64,000 nucleotides of DNA from Eubacteriales bacterium (lineage in GTDB: Bacteria > Bacillota > Clostridia > Oscillospirales > CAG-272): assembly GCA_045611685.1 (NCBI GenBank), contig JAZKXO010000106.1, forward strand, positions 92,493 through 156,492, written 5' to 3'. Below, piece by piece: positions 45,759-54,648 of this stretch. Position 1 is the stretch's first letter; each line of letters starts with the position of its first letter. Made by a program: the position numbers and the translations under genes. The notes under the pieces are model-generated. The model was not told where the DNA came from. It saw nothing but the letters and a program-made list of their open reading frames with translations, and did no database searches.

Positions 45759-46847
45759 GTGGCAGATCTCATTGAAAAATTAAAACAACTTGAGGAGAGA
45801 TATGCACTCCTCGAACACCTGCTTGCCTTACCCGAAACCGTATCGGATACTGTGAAGTATCAACAGACGCTGAAAGAATACAGCGCACTTGCACCCGTCG
45901 CTGAGAAAATCGGCGCGTATATGGAGGCACACACACGGATGCAAGAAGCGGATAAGCTCCGCAGAACCGAGTCCGACGCGGAGCTCTGCACACTCGCGGA
46001 GGAGGAATACCGCACCGAGGCAGAGAGCGCACAAAGGCTCGCAGCAGAACTGAAACTCTTTATGATACCCAAAGACCCGAACGACGATAAAAACGTCATC
46101 GTTGAGATTCGAGCAGGTGCCGGCGGTGATGAAGCCGCGCTTTTCGCCGGGGTGCTCTACCGTATGTACGTCATGTATGCCGAATCGCACGGATTCCGCT
46201 GCGAATTCGCCGGCGCTACGGAGACGGGTCTTGGCGGTTACCGCGAGATCACCTTTATGGTGAGTGGTAGCGGTGCATATTCCAAATTCAAATTCGAAAG
46301 CGGTGTTCACCGCGTACAGCGCGTACCGGAGACGGAATCTTCCGGCCGCATCCATACTTCAACCGCTACGGTTGCCGTTTTGCCTGAAGCCGAAGAGGTA
46401 CAAATCGAAATCAACCCCACCGATCTCCAGATCGACACGATCAAGAGTACCGGTGCCGGCGGACAGCACATCAATAAAACCGAGTCAGCCATCCGACTGA
46501 CACACAAACCGTCCGGTATCGTAATCGAATGTCAGGATGAGCGGAGCCAGCTGCGCAACAAGGACAAAGCGATGCGTCTTTTGCGTGCAAAACTGTTCGA
46601 TCAGAAACAAAGGGAACAGACGGACAAAATTGCCTCCGAGAGAAAATCACAGGTCGGAACCGGCGACCGCAGTGAGCGCATCCGTACTTATAACTATCCG
46701 CAAGGACGAATCACAGATCACAGAATCGGGCTCACTTCTTACACACTTGATACATTTTTGAACGGCGACCTTGATTTTATGACAAACGCACTCGCCGAGG
46801 CAGATGCCGCCGCAAAACTGAACGAAAAGGACGGTGCGATCCTGTAA
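45759..46847 (+). CDS. prfA: Peptide chain release factor 1
   Basis: GTG 45759 follows GGAGG. GGQ motif (GAGGQHINKT) and PxT region (RVPETESSGRIHTS). Confidence 0.93.
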   Translation: MADLIEKLKQLEERYALLEHLLALPETVSDTVKYQQTLKEYSALAPVAEKIGAYMEAHTRMQEADKLRRTESDAELCTLAEEEYRTEAESAQRLAAELKLFMIPKDPNDDKNVIVEIRAGAGGDEAALFAGVLYRMYVMYAESHGFRCEFAGATETGLGGYREITFMVSGSGAYSKFKFESGVHRVQRVPETESSGRIHTSTATVAVLPEAEEVQIEINPTDLQIDTIKSTGAGGQHINKTESAIRLTHKPSGIVIECQDERSQLRNKDKAMRLLRAKLFDQKQREQTDKIASERKSQVGTGDRSERIRTYNYPQGRITDHRIGLTSYTLDTFLNGDLDFMTNALAEADAAAKLNEKDGAIL

Positions 46848-47887
46848 TGAAAACGGAATTTTATAAGGTATCCGGCGACAAAGCCGCCGATCATTCAGCA
46901 ATCGTCCGCGCAGCAGAGATCATCCAAAACGGCGGACTCGTAGGTATGCCAACCGAAACGGTATACGGTCTTGCAGCATCAGCGCTGAGCACCGATGCCG
47001 CAGAAAAGATCTATGCCGCGAAAGGAAGACCGTCGGACAACCCTCTGATCGTTCATATTGCCGATCCTCGAGAAGCGGAGTCAGTAGCTATTGTTCCGCC
47101 GGCATATTACCGATTGGCCGAACGATTCATGCCCGGACCGCTTACGGTAATCATGCCGAAGAAATCGTGCATTCCCGACAGTGTTACCGGCGGACTTGAT
47201 TCTGTGGCAGTTCGCTGTCCCGCTCATCCGATCGCACGTGCATTGATCCGCGCGTCAGGCGTTCCGCTTGCCGCACCAAGTGCTAACCGCTCGGGTGCCC
47301 CTTCTCCCACGACCGCAGAGCATGTGCGGCGAGACATGGATGGCTTGATTGATATGATCCTGGACGGTGGCCCCTCCGAAATCGGGCTTGAGTCTACCGT
47401 TATCAAACTCACGGATGACGGTTGCATTATTCTGCGTCCCGGCGCTGTAACCGAGAGGATGCTTGCTTCCGTTCTGGGAAGCGTAAGCGTCGCCAAAGCC
47501 GTCACCAACCCCGAGATGGCGGGCGACAAACCCCTCTCTCCGGGCATGAAATATAAACACTACGCACCGAATGCCGAAGTGATTCTCGTTGACGCCTCAC
47601 CGTCTGCGTTTAGCGAGTACGTCAAAGTACACATATCCGAGAATGAAGCGGTAGCCGTAGCGGATGACGCAAAAGCATCTTTTCCTCATTGTCACGTTTT
47701 GTCCACGGGAAAATCAACGTCCGCAAAAGACGAATCGCGCGAGCTGTTCGCACTCCTCCGAAAAGCCGATGATCTCGGGTACCGTCGCATATACATTAAG
47801 CTCCCCCCAGCGACAGGCGAATATCTCGCACTTTATAACAGGCTCATCCGCGCCGCGGGTGGCAAAATCATATACATATCCAAATGA
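46847..47887 (+). CDS. tsaC: L-threonylcarbamoyladenylate synthase (Sua5/YwlC type)
   Basis: ATG overlaps the prfA stop (TAATG). YrdC domain (PTETVYGLAA, KGRPSDNPLIVH, SANRSG) plus a Sua5 C-terminal domain. Confidence 0.9.
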   Translation: MKTEFYKVSGDKAADHSAIVRAAEIIQNGGLVGMPTETVYGLAASALSTDAAEKIYAAKGRPSDNPLIVHIADPREAESVAIVPPAYYRLAERFMPGPLTVIMPKKSCIPDSVTGGLDSVAVRCPAHPIARALIRASGVPLAAPSANRSGAPSPTTAEHVRRDMDGLIDMILDGGPSEIGLESTVIKLTDDGCIILRPGAVTERMLASVLGSVSVAKAVTNPEMAGDKPLSPGMKYKHYAPNAEVILVDASPSAFSEYVKVHISENEAVAVADDAKASFPHCHVLSTGKSTSAKDESRELFALLRKADDLGYRRIYIKLPPATGEYLALYNRLIRAAGGKIIYISK

Positions 47888-47899
47888 ATCGAGGGAACT

Positions 47900-50131
47900 A
47901 TGGCTAAAAGAAAATCAACGGTTACACCCGTGCCCGAGACGATCGCGGAAATCCAAAATCAGCCAATCACCGAAACGATAGAAAAAAACTACATGCCGTA
48001 CGTTATGTCGGTAATCATTTCACGCGCCATCCCGGAAATCGACGGTTTCAAGCCATCTCATCGAAAACTTCTCTACACCATGTATAAAATGGGACTTATG
48101 ACCGGCGCCCGCACCAAAAGTGCCAACGTAGTCGGTCAGACCATGCACCTGAACCCCCACGGCGATATGGCGATTTACGAAACGCTCGTCCGTCTCACCC
48201 GCGGCAACGAAGCACTGCTTCATCCGTTTATCGACTCCAAGGGAAGCTTTGGCAAGCAGTACAGCCGCGACGCTTTCGCCGCGCCGCGCTATACGGAGGT
48301 GAAACTGGATCCTTTCTGCGCCGAACTGTTCGCCGGCATCGATAAGAACGCCGTGGACATGATTCCCAACTATGACAACACAACGACCGAACCCACGCTT
48401 TTGCCCACAACGTTTCCGAACGTACTTGTATCACCGAATATGGGAATAGCGGTAGGTATGGCATCCCAGATATGTTCATTCAATCTTGCGGAAGTCTGCG
48501 ATGCCACAGTAGCACTTCTCAAAAACCCGAAAACAGATATCGAAAAGATTCTGGACTACATGAAAGCACCGGATTTCTCTACGGGCGGACAACTCCTTTA
48601 CGACCGCGCTCAAATGAAAGAAATCTACGAAACCGGGCGTGGAAGCGTACGTCTCCGTGCACGGTACGTCTTTGACAAACAGCACAACTGTATTGATATT
48701 ATCCAGATCCCTTACTCTACGACAATTGAAGCCATCCTTAAATCAGTTGGTGATCTCGTAAAAGAAGGGAAAATCCGCGAAATCACGGATTACCGCGATG
48801 AAATTGACCTCAGTGGCTTCAAACTGACGCTCGACGTACGCCGCGGAACAGATCCCGATGCGCTCATGAACAGGCTGTTCAAACTTACTCCCCTTGAAGA
48901 CAGTTTCTCCTGCAACTTCAACGTCCTCGTTGACGGTGCCCCGCGTCAAATGGGTGTTATCGAGATTCTTCACGAGTGGATACGTTTCCGCAGAAACTGT
49001 CTGGTACGCGAGCTGAACTACGATCTTGGCAAGAAGAAGGACAAGCTCCATCTGCTCCGCGGACTCGGCAAAATCCTTCTCGATATAGACAAAGCGATCA
49101 AGATCGTCCGTGAAACGGAGAAGGAAGCAGACGTCGTCCCTAACCTGATGGCCGGATTCCACATAGATCAGATCCAGGCGGAGTATATTGCTGAAATCAA
49201 ACTCCGCCACCTGAACCGCGAGTACATCATCGGCCGCATAAAAGAAATCGAGGCCTTACAGGCGGAGATCGCAGAGCTCGAAGCGGTTATCGGCGACGAG
49301 CTGAAGCAAAAGGCGATCATCGCAAAGCAACTGACAGAAATTAAAAAGAAATACGGAAAGCCTCGCTCAACCCAGTTGATCTACGCCGAGGATATCGTGG
49401 ATACACCACTCGAATCCTTCGTTGAAAATTACGCCGTACACATCGTTCTTACGAGAGACGGATACTTCAAAAAAATCACAAAGCAATCTCTCCGCGGCAG
49501 CGATGAGCAAAAACTTAAGGACGGCGACGTGATCATCAACAGCGAGGAAACGGAAAACCGTGCGGAAATCCTCGTTTTGACAAACGGAGCACAGGCGTAC
49601 AAGGCAAAACTTGACGATTTTGATACTACGAAAGCATCTGCTTTGGGTGATTTCCTTCCGGCTGCACTCAAGTTTGACGACAACGAACTTCCGATCATGG
49701 TAAAGGCACTCACAGAGTACAATCCGAAGCACCATATCGTGTATATTTTCGAAAACGGTAAGGGCGTCAGAATCCCCGTTACTGCTTACGAAACGAAAAC
49801 GAACCGCCGTAAACTGACCGGTGCATTCAGTGCATCCTCGCCGATCGTCGCCGCGTTCTATGAAACAGATCCGATCGATATTCTCATGATCTCCGACAGC
49901 GGAAAAGCAATTTTGATCCGCTCTTCGCTCATTCCCGAAATGACTACACGCACATCAGCCGGTGTATCGCTGTTTACGCTAAAGAAAACGCAGAAAATTA
50001 CGGCTGCCGTAACCGGCGATGACATTGCCGCCTTTGATGGTGCTTCCAAGTGCAAGAAGATTAAAGTTCCGGCCTCGGGAGTTACACTTTCTTCTATCGA
50101 ATCCGGAAAAAACCAGCTTTCGCTCATATAA
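47900..50131 (+). CDS. Type IIA DNA topoisomerase subunit A (ParC/GyrA-like, divergent)
   Basis: 743 aa. Winged-helix region RAIPEIDGFKPSHRKLLY, NPHGD, catalytic-Tyr context AAPRYTEVKL, coiled-coil, and a short beta-pinwheel C-terminal domain. No B-subunit gene is adjacent. Confidence 0.8.
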   Translation: MAKRKSTVTPVPETIAEIQNQPITETIEKNYMPYVMSVIISRAIPEIDGFKPSHRKLLYTMYKMGLMTGARTKSANVVGQTMHLNPHGDMAIYETLVRLTRGNEALLHPFIDSKGSFGKQYSRDAFAAPRYTEVKLDPFCAELFAGIDKNAVDMIPNYDNTTTEPTLLPTTFPNVLVSPNMGIAVGMASQICSFNLAEVCDATVALLKNPKTDIEKILDYMKAPDFSTGGQLLYDRAQMKEIYETGRGSVRLRARYVFDKQHNCIDIIQIPYSTTIEAILKSVGDLVKEGKIREITDYRDEIDLSGFKLTLDVRRGTDPDALMNRLFKLTPLEDSFSCNFNVLVDGAPRQMGVIEILHEWIRFRRNCLVRELNYDLGKKKDKLHLLRGLGKILLDIDKAIKIVRETEKEADVVPNLMAGFHIDQIQAEYIAEIKLRHLNREYIIGRIKEIEALQAEIAELEAVIGDELKQKAIIAKQLTEIKKKYGKPRSTQLIYAEDIVDTPLESFVENYAVHIVLTRDGYFKKITKQSLRGSDEQKLKDGDVIINSEETENRAEILVLTNGAQAYKAKLDDFDTTKASALGDFLPAALKFDDNELPIMVKALTEYNPKHHIVYIFENGKGVRIPVTAYETKTNRRKLTGAFSASSPIVAAFYETDPIDILMISDSGKAILIRSSLIPEMTTRTSAGVSLFTLKKTQKITAAVTGDDIAAFDGASKCKKIKVPASGVTLSSIESGKNQLSLI

Positions 50132-50190
50132 TCTTTTTCGATATAAGATTTATTCTTTACCAAAAGTTTTTGCGCGGTAACCTTTTTCTC

Positions 50191-50218
50191 TTGATTTTTT
50201 TGCCGTAATATGTATAAT
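50191..50218 (+). promoter_or_regulatory. Sigma-A type promoter
   Basis: TTGATT (50191-50196), 16-nt spacer, TATAAT (50213-50218). Confidence 0.55.
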
Positions 50219-50282
50219 AAAAGAAGAATGCGCCCACAAGGGCTGCAACCCACTACTTGATTCATATAAATAGGAGTTGCAC

Positions 50283-50819
50283 ATGAAAATTTCGAAAAAA
50301 CGCAGTATCGTCATTTTGTCCGCGGCACTCATTATTTCGGTTATCACAGCCGCTTTTGCCGTCTCTGCCTATGATGGTACAACCGACCCGATCATATCAC
50401 TCAGTTATCTTCGTCAGTATAAATCTACCGAAATCGATCCACAGATCGTTGCTTTGCAGAACGAAATCACTATGCTGAAAGCACAAATCACTTCGCTTTC
50501 GGGCTCTCAAAACACACAGGCTCCCACGACACCCGTCGTTAACACGGGCGGATATACCGTTATTCAGGTCGAGCACGGAAGAAAAATCATGGCAGGTGCT
50601 TCGTGTGAGATTATTCTGCGCTCCGGTACAGCAACTGTAATTCTCGATCCGTATTCGGGCGGTGGCATTTCCGATTTAACGGAAGGTAAAGACCTGAAGC
50701 ACGGAGAAGATATCACACTCAATCACCTTTTGCTCGTCCCAAGAAATGACGGCCGCGGCATACATATCACCTCCGACGGCGCCTTTCTTATGATCAAGGG
50801 GGACTACACCGTTGAGTAA
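50283..50819 (+). CDS. Hypothetical secreted or membrane-anchored protein (coiled-coil plus beta-rich domain)
   Basis: ATG 50283 is 6 nt after AGGAG. N-terminal signal/anchor (IVILSAALIISVITAAFAVSA), a short heptad-like stretch (IVALQNEITMLKAQITSL), then a beta-rich ~100-aa C-terminus. Confidence 0.65.
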   Translation: MKISKKRSIVILSAALIISVITAAFAVSAYDGTTDPIISLSYLRQYKSTEIDPQIVALQNEITMLKAQITSLSGSQNTQAPTTPVVNTGGYTVIQVEHGRKIMAGASCEIILRSGTATVILDPYSGGGISDLTEGKDLKHGEDITLNHLLLVPRNDGRGIHITSDGAFLMIKGDYTVE

Positions 50820-52854
50820 CAAGAAAAAAGCGCACGAAAGCCGCGCGAAGCGTCTTGCCCGCATACTTTCGCTGATTCTTGCGCTTCTGATGCTCAGCGG
50901 TAGTGTGTGCTACGCCGTATACCTATTGATCGTCGGTGTTTCCGCCGCCGATTATTCCACAGAGTCGGTGATAGAAGATTTAAATATCCGTATCGGTCTT
51001 AAATACGGGTCAGGCGTTCCCGTGAGTTTTCAGACTACGGTGACAAACGGATATATAATCGGCTCACAACCGCTTGCCGACGGATACTTTAAACTCTCTC
51101 CGTTTTGGGAAATTGCTACCAATACAGTAGCAGTTACCGTTAACGCCAATCTGACAAATCAGAACGGCACGTACGTCCACACCACAAGTAGCGGGAGCGT
51201 CTCGGTTGGTAGTTATCACGTAGAATTTACGACCGATTACAGTCTTGCCGACGCCATCCTAGTTGAACAGCAGGTAGCAACACTAAACCAAATGCTATCC
51301 CCACTCGGATTTTATGCTTTTCCCGCATACTCCAACGGGGCCTTGCGCATTCGGGCCGGTGCATTTTCAACCCTCCAGGATGCTAACGCCATGCATCCCA
51401 TTATCGCCGGCTGTATGAGCTATTTTGCGTGTGAAGTTGTTGAACCGTCACTTTCGACTGTCGTCATACTTGATCCGGGATCAAATAGGATACTGTTCTC
51501 CTACGATTGCTCGGACGGAACTTCACTCGGAATCATGCCGCGACAAACGGATGGAGAGAAGATTTACACAAAATCTCCCGCAGGCAACGTCTACGACGGC
51601 GTTTTCGCCTACAACCGCCACTGCGATGACGGTGTAGACGGGGTTTCCGTTATCAACGTTCTAACACTTGATCAGTACGTCCAGGGCGTTCTCCCTTATG
51701 AGATCAGTAACTCCTGGCCGATTGAAACGCAAAAAGCCTGCGCAATCGTAGCGCGCTCCTACGCCGCAAGCTGCCTTGGCAATCATGCGGCAACAAACGG
51801 ATTTGATCTTTGCAACTCCACCCACTGCCAGGCGTATCACGGCGCCGGACGAGTTAATGATAAAGTCATTGATGCCACGGTAAGCACGCACGGATTGATC
51901 GTCGCGTACAAGGGAAATGTCGCTCCTACCTACTACGCTTCCAGCAGTGGCGGATACACGATCAACAGCGGCGATGTCTGGGGAGGAACGCAGTACGGAT
52001 TTCTAACTGCCCGCTCAACCCCTTGGGAGCGTTACACGGTCCATGCCGGCGGATTCTGGACAAAAGAGATCTCTCCCGAAGAACTGCTCGACTATCTTGT
52101 CAACACAAAAAATCGCACCGAACTGGCAGGTGGCGGCTACATAAAAAGCGTCGAGGTGCTTGCATACGCAAGTGATACCCCTTACGTAAAAACAGTCAGG
52201 ATCACCGCTGCAAACGGTGCATCAATTACTTTGAATTACACGGATAACGTCCGTCTCGGATTGGGCCTTAAAAGCGCCAACTTCGTCGTTGGACAGGGAA
52301 GCGTTGTTTATACCGAAGATACAGTCGAGGTTCTCGGTGACCGTCTCGTCGATCCGAGCACAGACCAATATGTAAACAGTCCCATTGGAGGTGCCACTTC
52401 CTCTGAAGGTTTCATCCGTTACAACGAGCCGCAGACGATCCTTACAGAAAACGGCACCGTTCAATCATTTGTCTCAGGGTTACCCATTCTTACCGCGAGC
52501 GGCATTGAATTGGCAGTATCGGAGACGATGCTCGTTCTGACGTCACAGAATATGCATCTGTTCAATGCTGGTGCGCTTGCGCCGCCGTCTTCCTCCTCTT
52601 CACCGTCCACTTCTACAGGCTCGAAGACCGTGAAAGACTATGCCGTGCACACCGAAACCAAAACAGCCTATGCATCCTCTTCCCGGAATTTCATTTTTGT
52701 TGGAAAGGGTACGGGCCACGGAACGGGGTTGAGCCAGTGGGGCGCCAAGGATCTCGGCGATCTCGGCTATAACTTCCTCCAAATCCTTAACGCCTATTTC
52801 ACCGATATTGAGGTAGTGTACTACAAGGAACTGGAAATTTTCCGCAACAGATAA
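50812..52854 (+). CDS. SpoIID/LytB-domain protein, oversized (680 aa)
   Basis: TTG start overlaps the upstream stop by 8 nt. N-terminal TM, a SPOR-like segment (ALRIRAGAFSTLQDANAM), SpoIID core motifs (LDQYVQGVLPYEI, ARSYA, CNSTHCQAYHG, YYASSSGGYT) and the terminal GTGHGTGLSQWGA motif. Confidence 0.8.
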   Translation: MSNKKKAHESRAKRLARILSLILALLMLSGSVCYAVYLLIVGVSAADYSTESVIEDLNIRIGLKYGSGVPVSFQTTVTNGYIIGSQPLADGYFKLSPFWEIATNTVAVTVNANLTNQNGTYVHTTSSGSVSVGSYHVEFTTDYSLADAILVEQQVATLNQMLSPLGFYAFPAYSNGALRIRAGAFSTLQDANAMHPIIAGCMSYFACEVVEPSLSTVVILDPGSNRILFSYDCSDGTSLGIMPRQTDGEKIYTKSPAGNVYDGVFAYNRHCDDGVDGVSVINVLTLDQYVQGVLPYEISNSWPIETQKACAIVARSYAASCLGNHAATNGFDLCNSTHCQAYHGAGRVNDKVIDATVSTHGLIVAYKGNVAPTYYASSSGGYTINSGDVWGGTQYGFLTARSTPWERYTVHAGGFWTKEISPEELLDYLVNTKNRTELAGGGYIKSVEVLAYASDTPYVKTVRITAANGASITLNYTDNVRLGLGLKSANFVVGQGSVVYTEDTVEVLGDRLVDPSTDQYVNSPIGGATSSEGFIRYNEPQTILTENGTVQSFVSGLPILTASGIELAVSETMLVLTSQNMHLFNAGALAPPSSSSSPSTSTGSKTVKDYAVHTETKTAYASSSRNFIFVGKGTGHGTGLSQWGAKDLGDLGYNFLQILNAYFTDIEVVYYKELEIFRNR

Positions 52855-52859
52855 CAGCG

Positions 52860-52896
52860 AATGAGGCAGAAGCGAAAAGCTCCTGCCTCATTTTGT
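52860..52896. terminator. Bidirectional terminator between the SpoIID-like gene and sigF
   Basis: AATGAGGCAG (52860-52869) / CTGCCTCATT (52883-52892) with an inner AGC-GAAA-GCT stem, then TTTT. The sigF stop codon (52888-52890) lies inside the 3' arm. Confidence 0.8.
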
Positions 52897-53631
52897 CAGT
52901 TGTTCACGCAAAACAGAAAAAATCTTTTTTTCCTCCCTCGAGACTTTTACCTGTGTAAGCCCCAGTTTTTCCGCTACCTCCTGCTGTGAACAATCCCGAA
53001 AATACCGCAAAATGATGATTTTTTTCCAAAGAGGCGGCAGCGCATCAATTGATTCTTGAAGCGCAATCTGCGTCGTTCTTCTTTCAATCAAATCTTCGCC
53101 GGAAAGTATTTTTTCGAGCGAAAAGCTTTCCTCTCCATCGTCCCCAATCGGCTCTGAAATAGAATGCACCGGCGATATCGCTTCCAAAGAAAGAGCAGCT
53201 TCTGCGTCGGTGATGCCTAGTATAAGCGCAAGCTCATGTATTTGCGGTTCTCTGCCTTCACTTGCTAAAAACTGCTCGCGTTCGCGTAGTATGGCCGCCC
53301 CGATCTGTTTTTGTTTGCGCCCCACCTTTATAAGACCGTCGTCTCTCAGATAACGGCGAATTTCTCCGATGATCAAGGGGACGGCATAGGTAGAAAAAGC
53401 GGTTCCGCGTGTAAGATCAAAGCTGCGTATGGCTTTCAGCATGCCGATATTGCCAATCTGCACAAGGTCGTCAAACTCCGTTCCGTGCCCACAAAAGCGT
53501 GCGGCAAGTCCGCGCACAAGTCCGCCGTTTGCGTCCATTAAATGTGCAATCGCTTCTTCATTGCCCCCCGCCGCTTCTTTTAAGTACTCTAAATTATCAG
53601 CGTATTTTGCTCCAGTATGCACGTCAGTCAT
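52888..53631 (-). CDS. sigF: Sporulation sigma factor SigF
   Basis: Third gene of a spoIIA-type operon. Region 2 FSTYAVPLIIGEIRRYLRDDGLIKV and region 4 SQQEVAEKLGLTQVKVSREEKK. Confidence 0.92.
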   Translation of the reverse strand: MTDVHTGAKYADNLEYLKEAAGGNEEAIAHLMDANGGLVRGLAARFCGHGTEFDDLVQIGNIGMLKAIRSFDLTRGTAFSTYAVPLIIGEIRRYLRDDGLIKVGRKQKQIGAAILREREQFLASEGREPQIHELALILGITDAEAALSLEAISPVHSISEPIGDDGEESFSLEKILSGEDLIERRTTQIALQESIDALPPLWKKIIILRYFRDCSQQEVAEKLGLTQVKVSREEKKIFSVLREQLTK

Positions 53632-53632
53632 T

Positions 53633-54133
53633 TTACGCTCGCATCTCCGAGAGCGGTGCTAATTTTTTTGTCATCACGATTTTTGTACCGCCGCCCGACG
53701 AGGTTACTTTCAGTGTATCCATGAAATTTTCCATAATCGTGAATCCCATGCCGCTTCGTTCATTTTCACGGTCCGTAGTGAAAAGTGGCTGCATAGCCTC
53801 ACTTATGTTTTGAATCCCGCATCCTTTATCCTTAATTTCCACACGAAACTCTCGATTTTCGTAGAGACGCATATTTATATAAATAAGACCAATCGTATCG
53901 CGGTACCCGTGTACGATACAGTTTGTTACCGCCTCCGACACGGCACATTTGATATCTGAGATTTCCGTTATTGTCGGATTAATCTGAGAAACAAAAACCG
54001 CACAAGCGGCCCGAGCGTATGATTCATTCATTGAATGAGAGGGAAGCACCATCTTTACCTCATTGAGCGCTTTCTTTCTCATTCTTTTTTTGCTTTCTGC
54101 TTTTACTTCACTGATTTTTTCACCGGTGATCAT
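53633..54133 (-). CDS. spoIIAB: Anti-sigma F factor (serine kinase) SpoIIAB
   Basis: HATPase_c motifs (EAVTNCIVHGY, DKGCGI, ERSGMGF). Start set at ATG 54133 (AAGGAG 11 nt upstream); the track start at 54142 is a TTG too close to the SD. Confidence 0.88.
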   Translation of the reverse strand: MITGEKISEVKAESKKRMRKKALNEVKMVLPSHSMNESYARAACAVFVSQINPTITEISDIKCAVSEAVTNCIVHGYRDTIGLIYINMRLYENREFRVEIKDKGCGIQNISEAMQPLFTTDRENERSGMGFTIMENFMDTLKVTSSGGGTKIVMTKKLAPLSEMRA

Positions 54134-54467
54134 TTTTCTCAAAGCTCCTTTCGATACGGATAAGTCTTTTGATACCTGCTACGTCCAAAATTTTTGTAAC
54201 GTTCTCATTTGGATTCAAAAGGACACATTCAGCACCGATTTCCGATGCCTTTGAAAAACGGCCGAGAATAAGCCCTAACCCCGAACTGTCCATAAACTCT
54301 ACTTTCGAAAGATCAAGCACGAGCTTGTGGGGGCGGCGGCGATATAAATCCTCGTCGATCTGCATACGAACCGTCCGCGCGCTGTGATGATCAATATCTC
54401 CGCCGAGGACGCATAGCATCTCATCGTTTTTCATATGAATAACTACACCGCTTGTCTCAGTTTTCAT
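54120..54467 (-). CDS. spoIIAA: Anti-sigma F factor antagonist SpoIIAA (STAS domain)
   Basis: 115 aa. Phosphorylatable Ser context FMDSSGLGLILGR. First gene of the operon. Confidence 0.9.
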   Translation of the reverse strand: MKTETSGVVIHMKNDEMLCVLGGDIDHHSARTVRMQIDEDLYRRRPHKLVLDLSKVEFMDSSGLGLILGRFSKASEIGAECVLLNPNENVTKILDVAGIKRLIRIERSFEKNDHR

Positions 54468-54581
54468 ACTGATTCCTCCATAGAATAGTTTGTATGAACA
54501 TTATACTTGTTTCGTGTGTCGTATTTTGTTACAATCGCTTGTAAAAAACTGTATATTTCCCTATAAAATCCCCCTTAAAAC

Positions 54582-54610
54582 TTGACATATGACGAAATAT
54601 CCGATATAAT
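54582..54610 (+). promoter_or_regulatory. Consensus sigma-A promoter of pfk
   Basis: TTGACA (54582-54587), 17-nt spacer, TATAAT (54605-54610). Confidence 0.65.
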
Positions 54611-54648
54611 TTACTTTGTTAAATCTTAGATGTGAAAGGTGATATACT

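Noticed and set aside
54468-54648. SigH promoter or Spo0A boxes expected upstream of the spoIIA operon
   Set aside because: I found only a one-mismatch 0A-like heptamer (TGTCGTA, 54517-54523) and no convincing SigH -35/-10 pair, so I do not call a regulatory site here.
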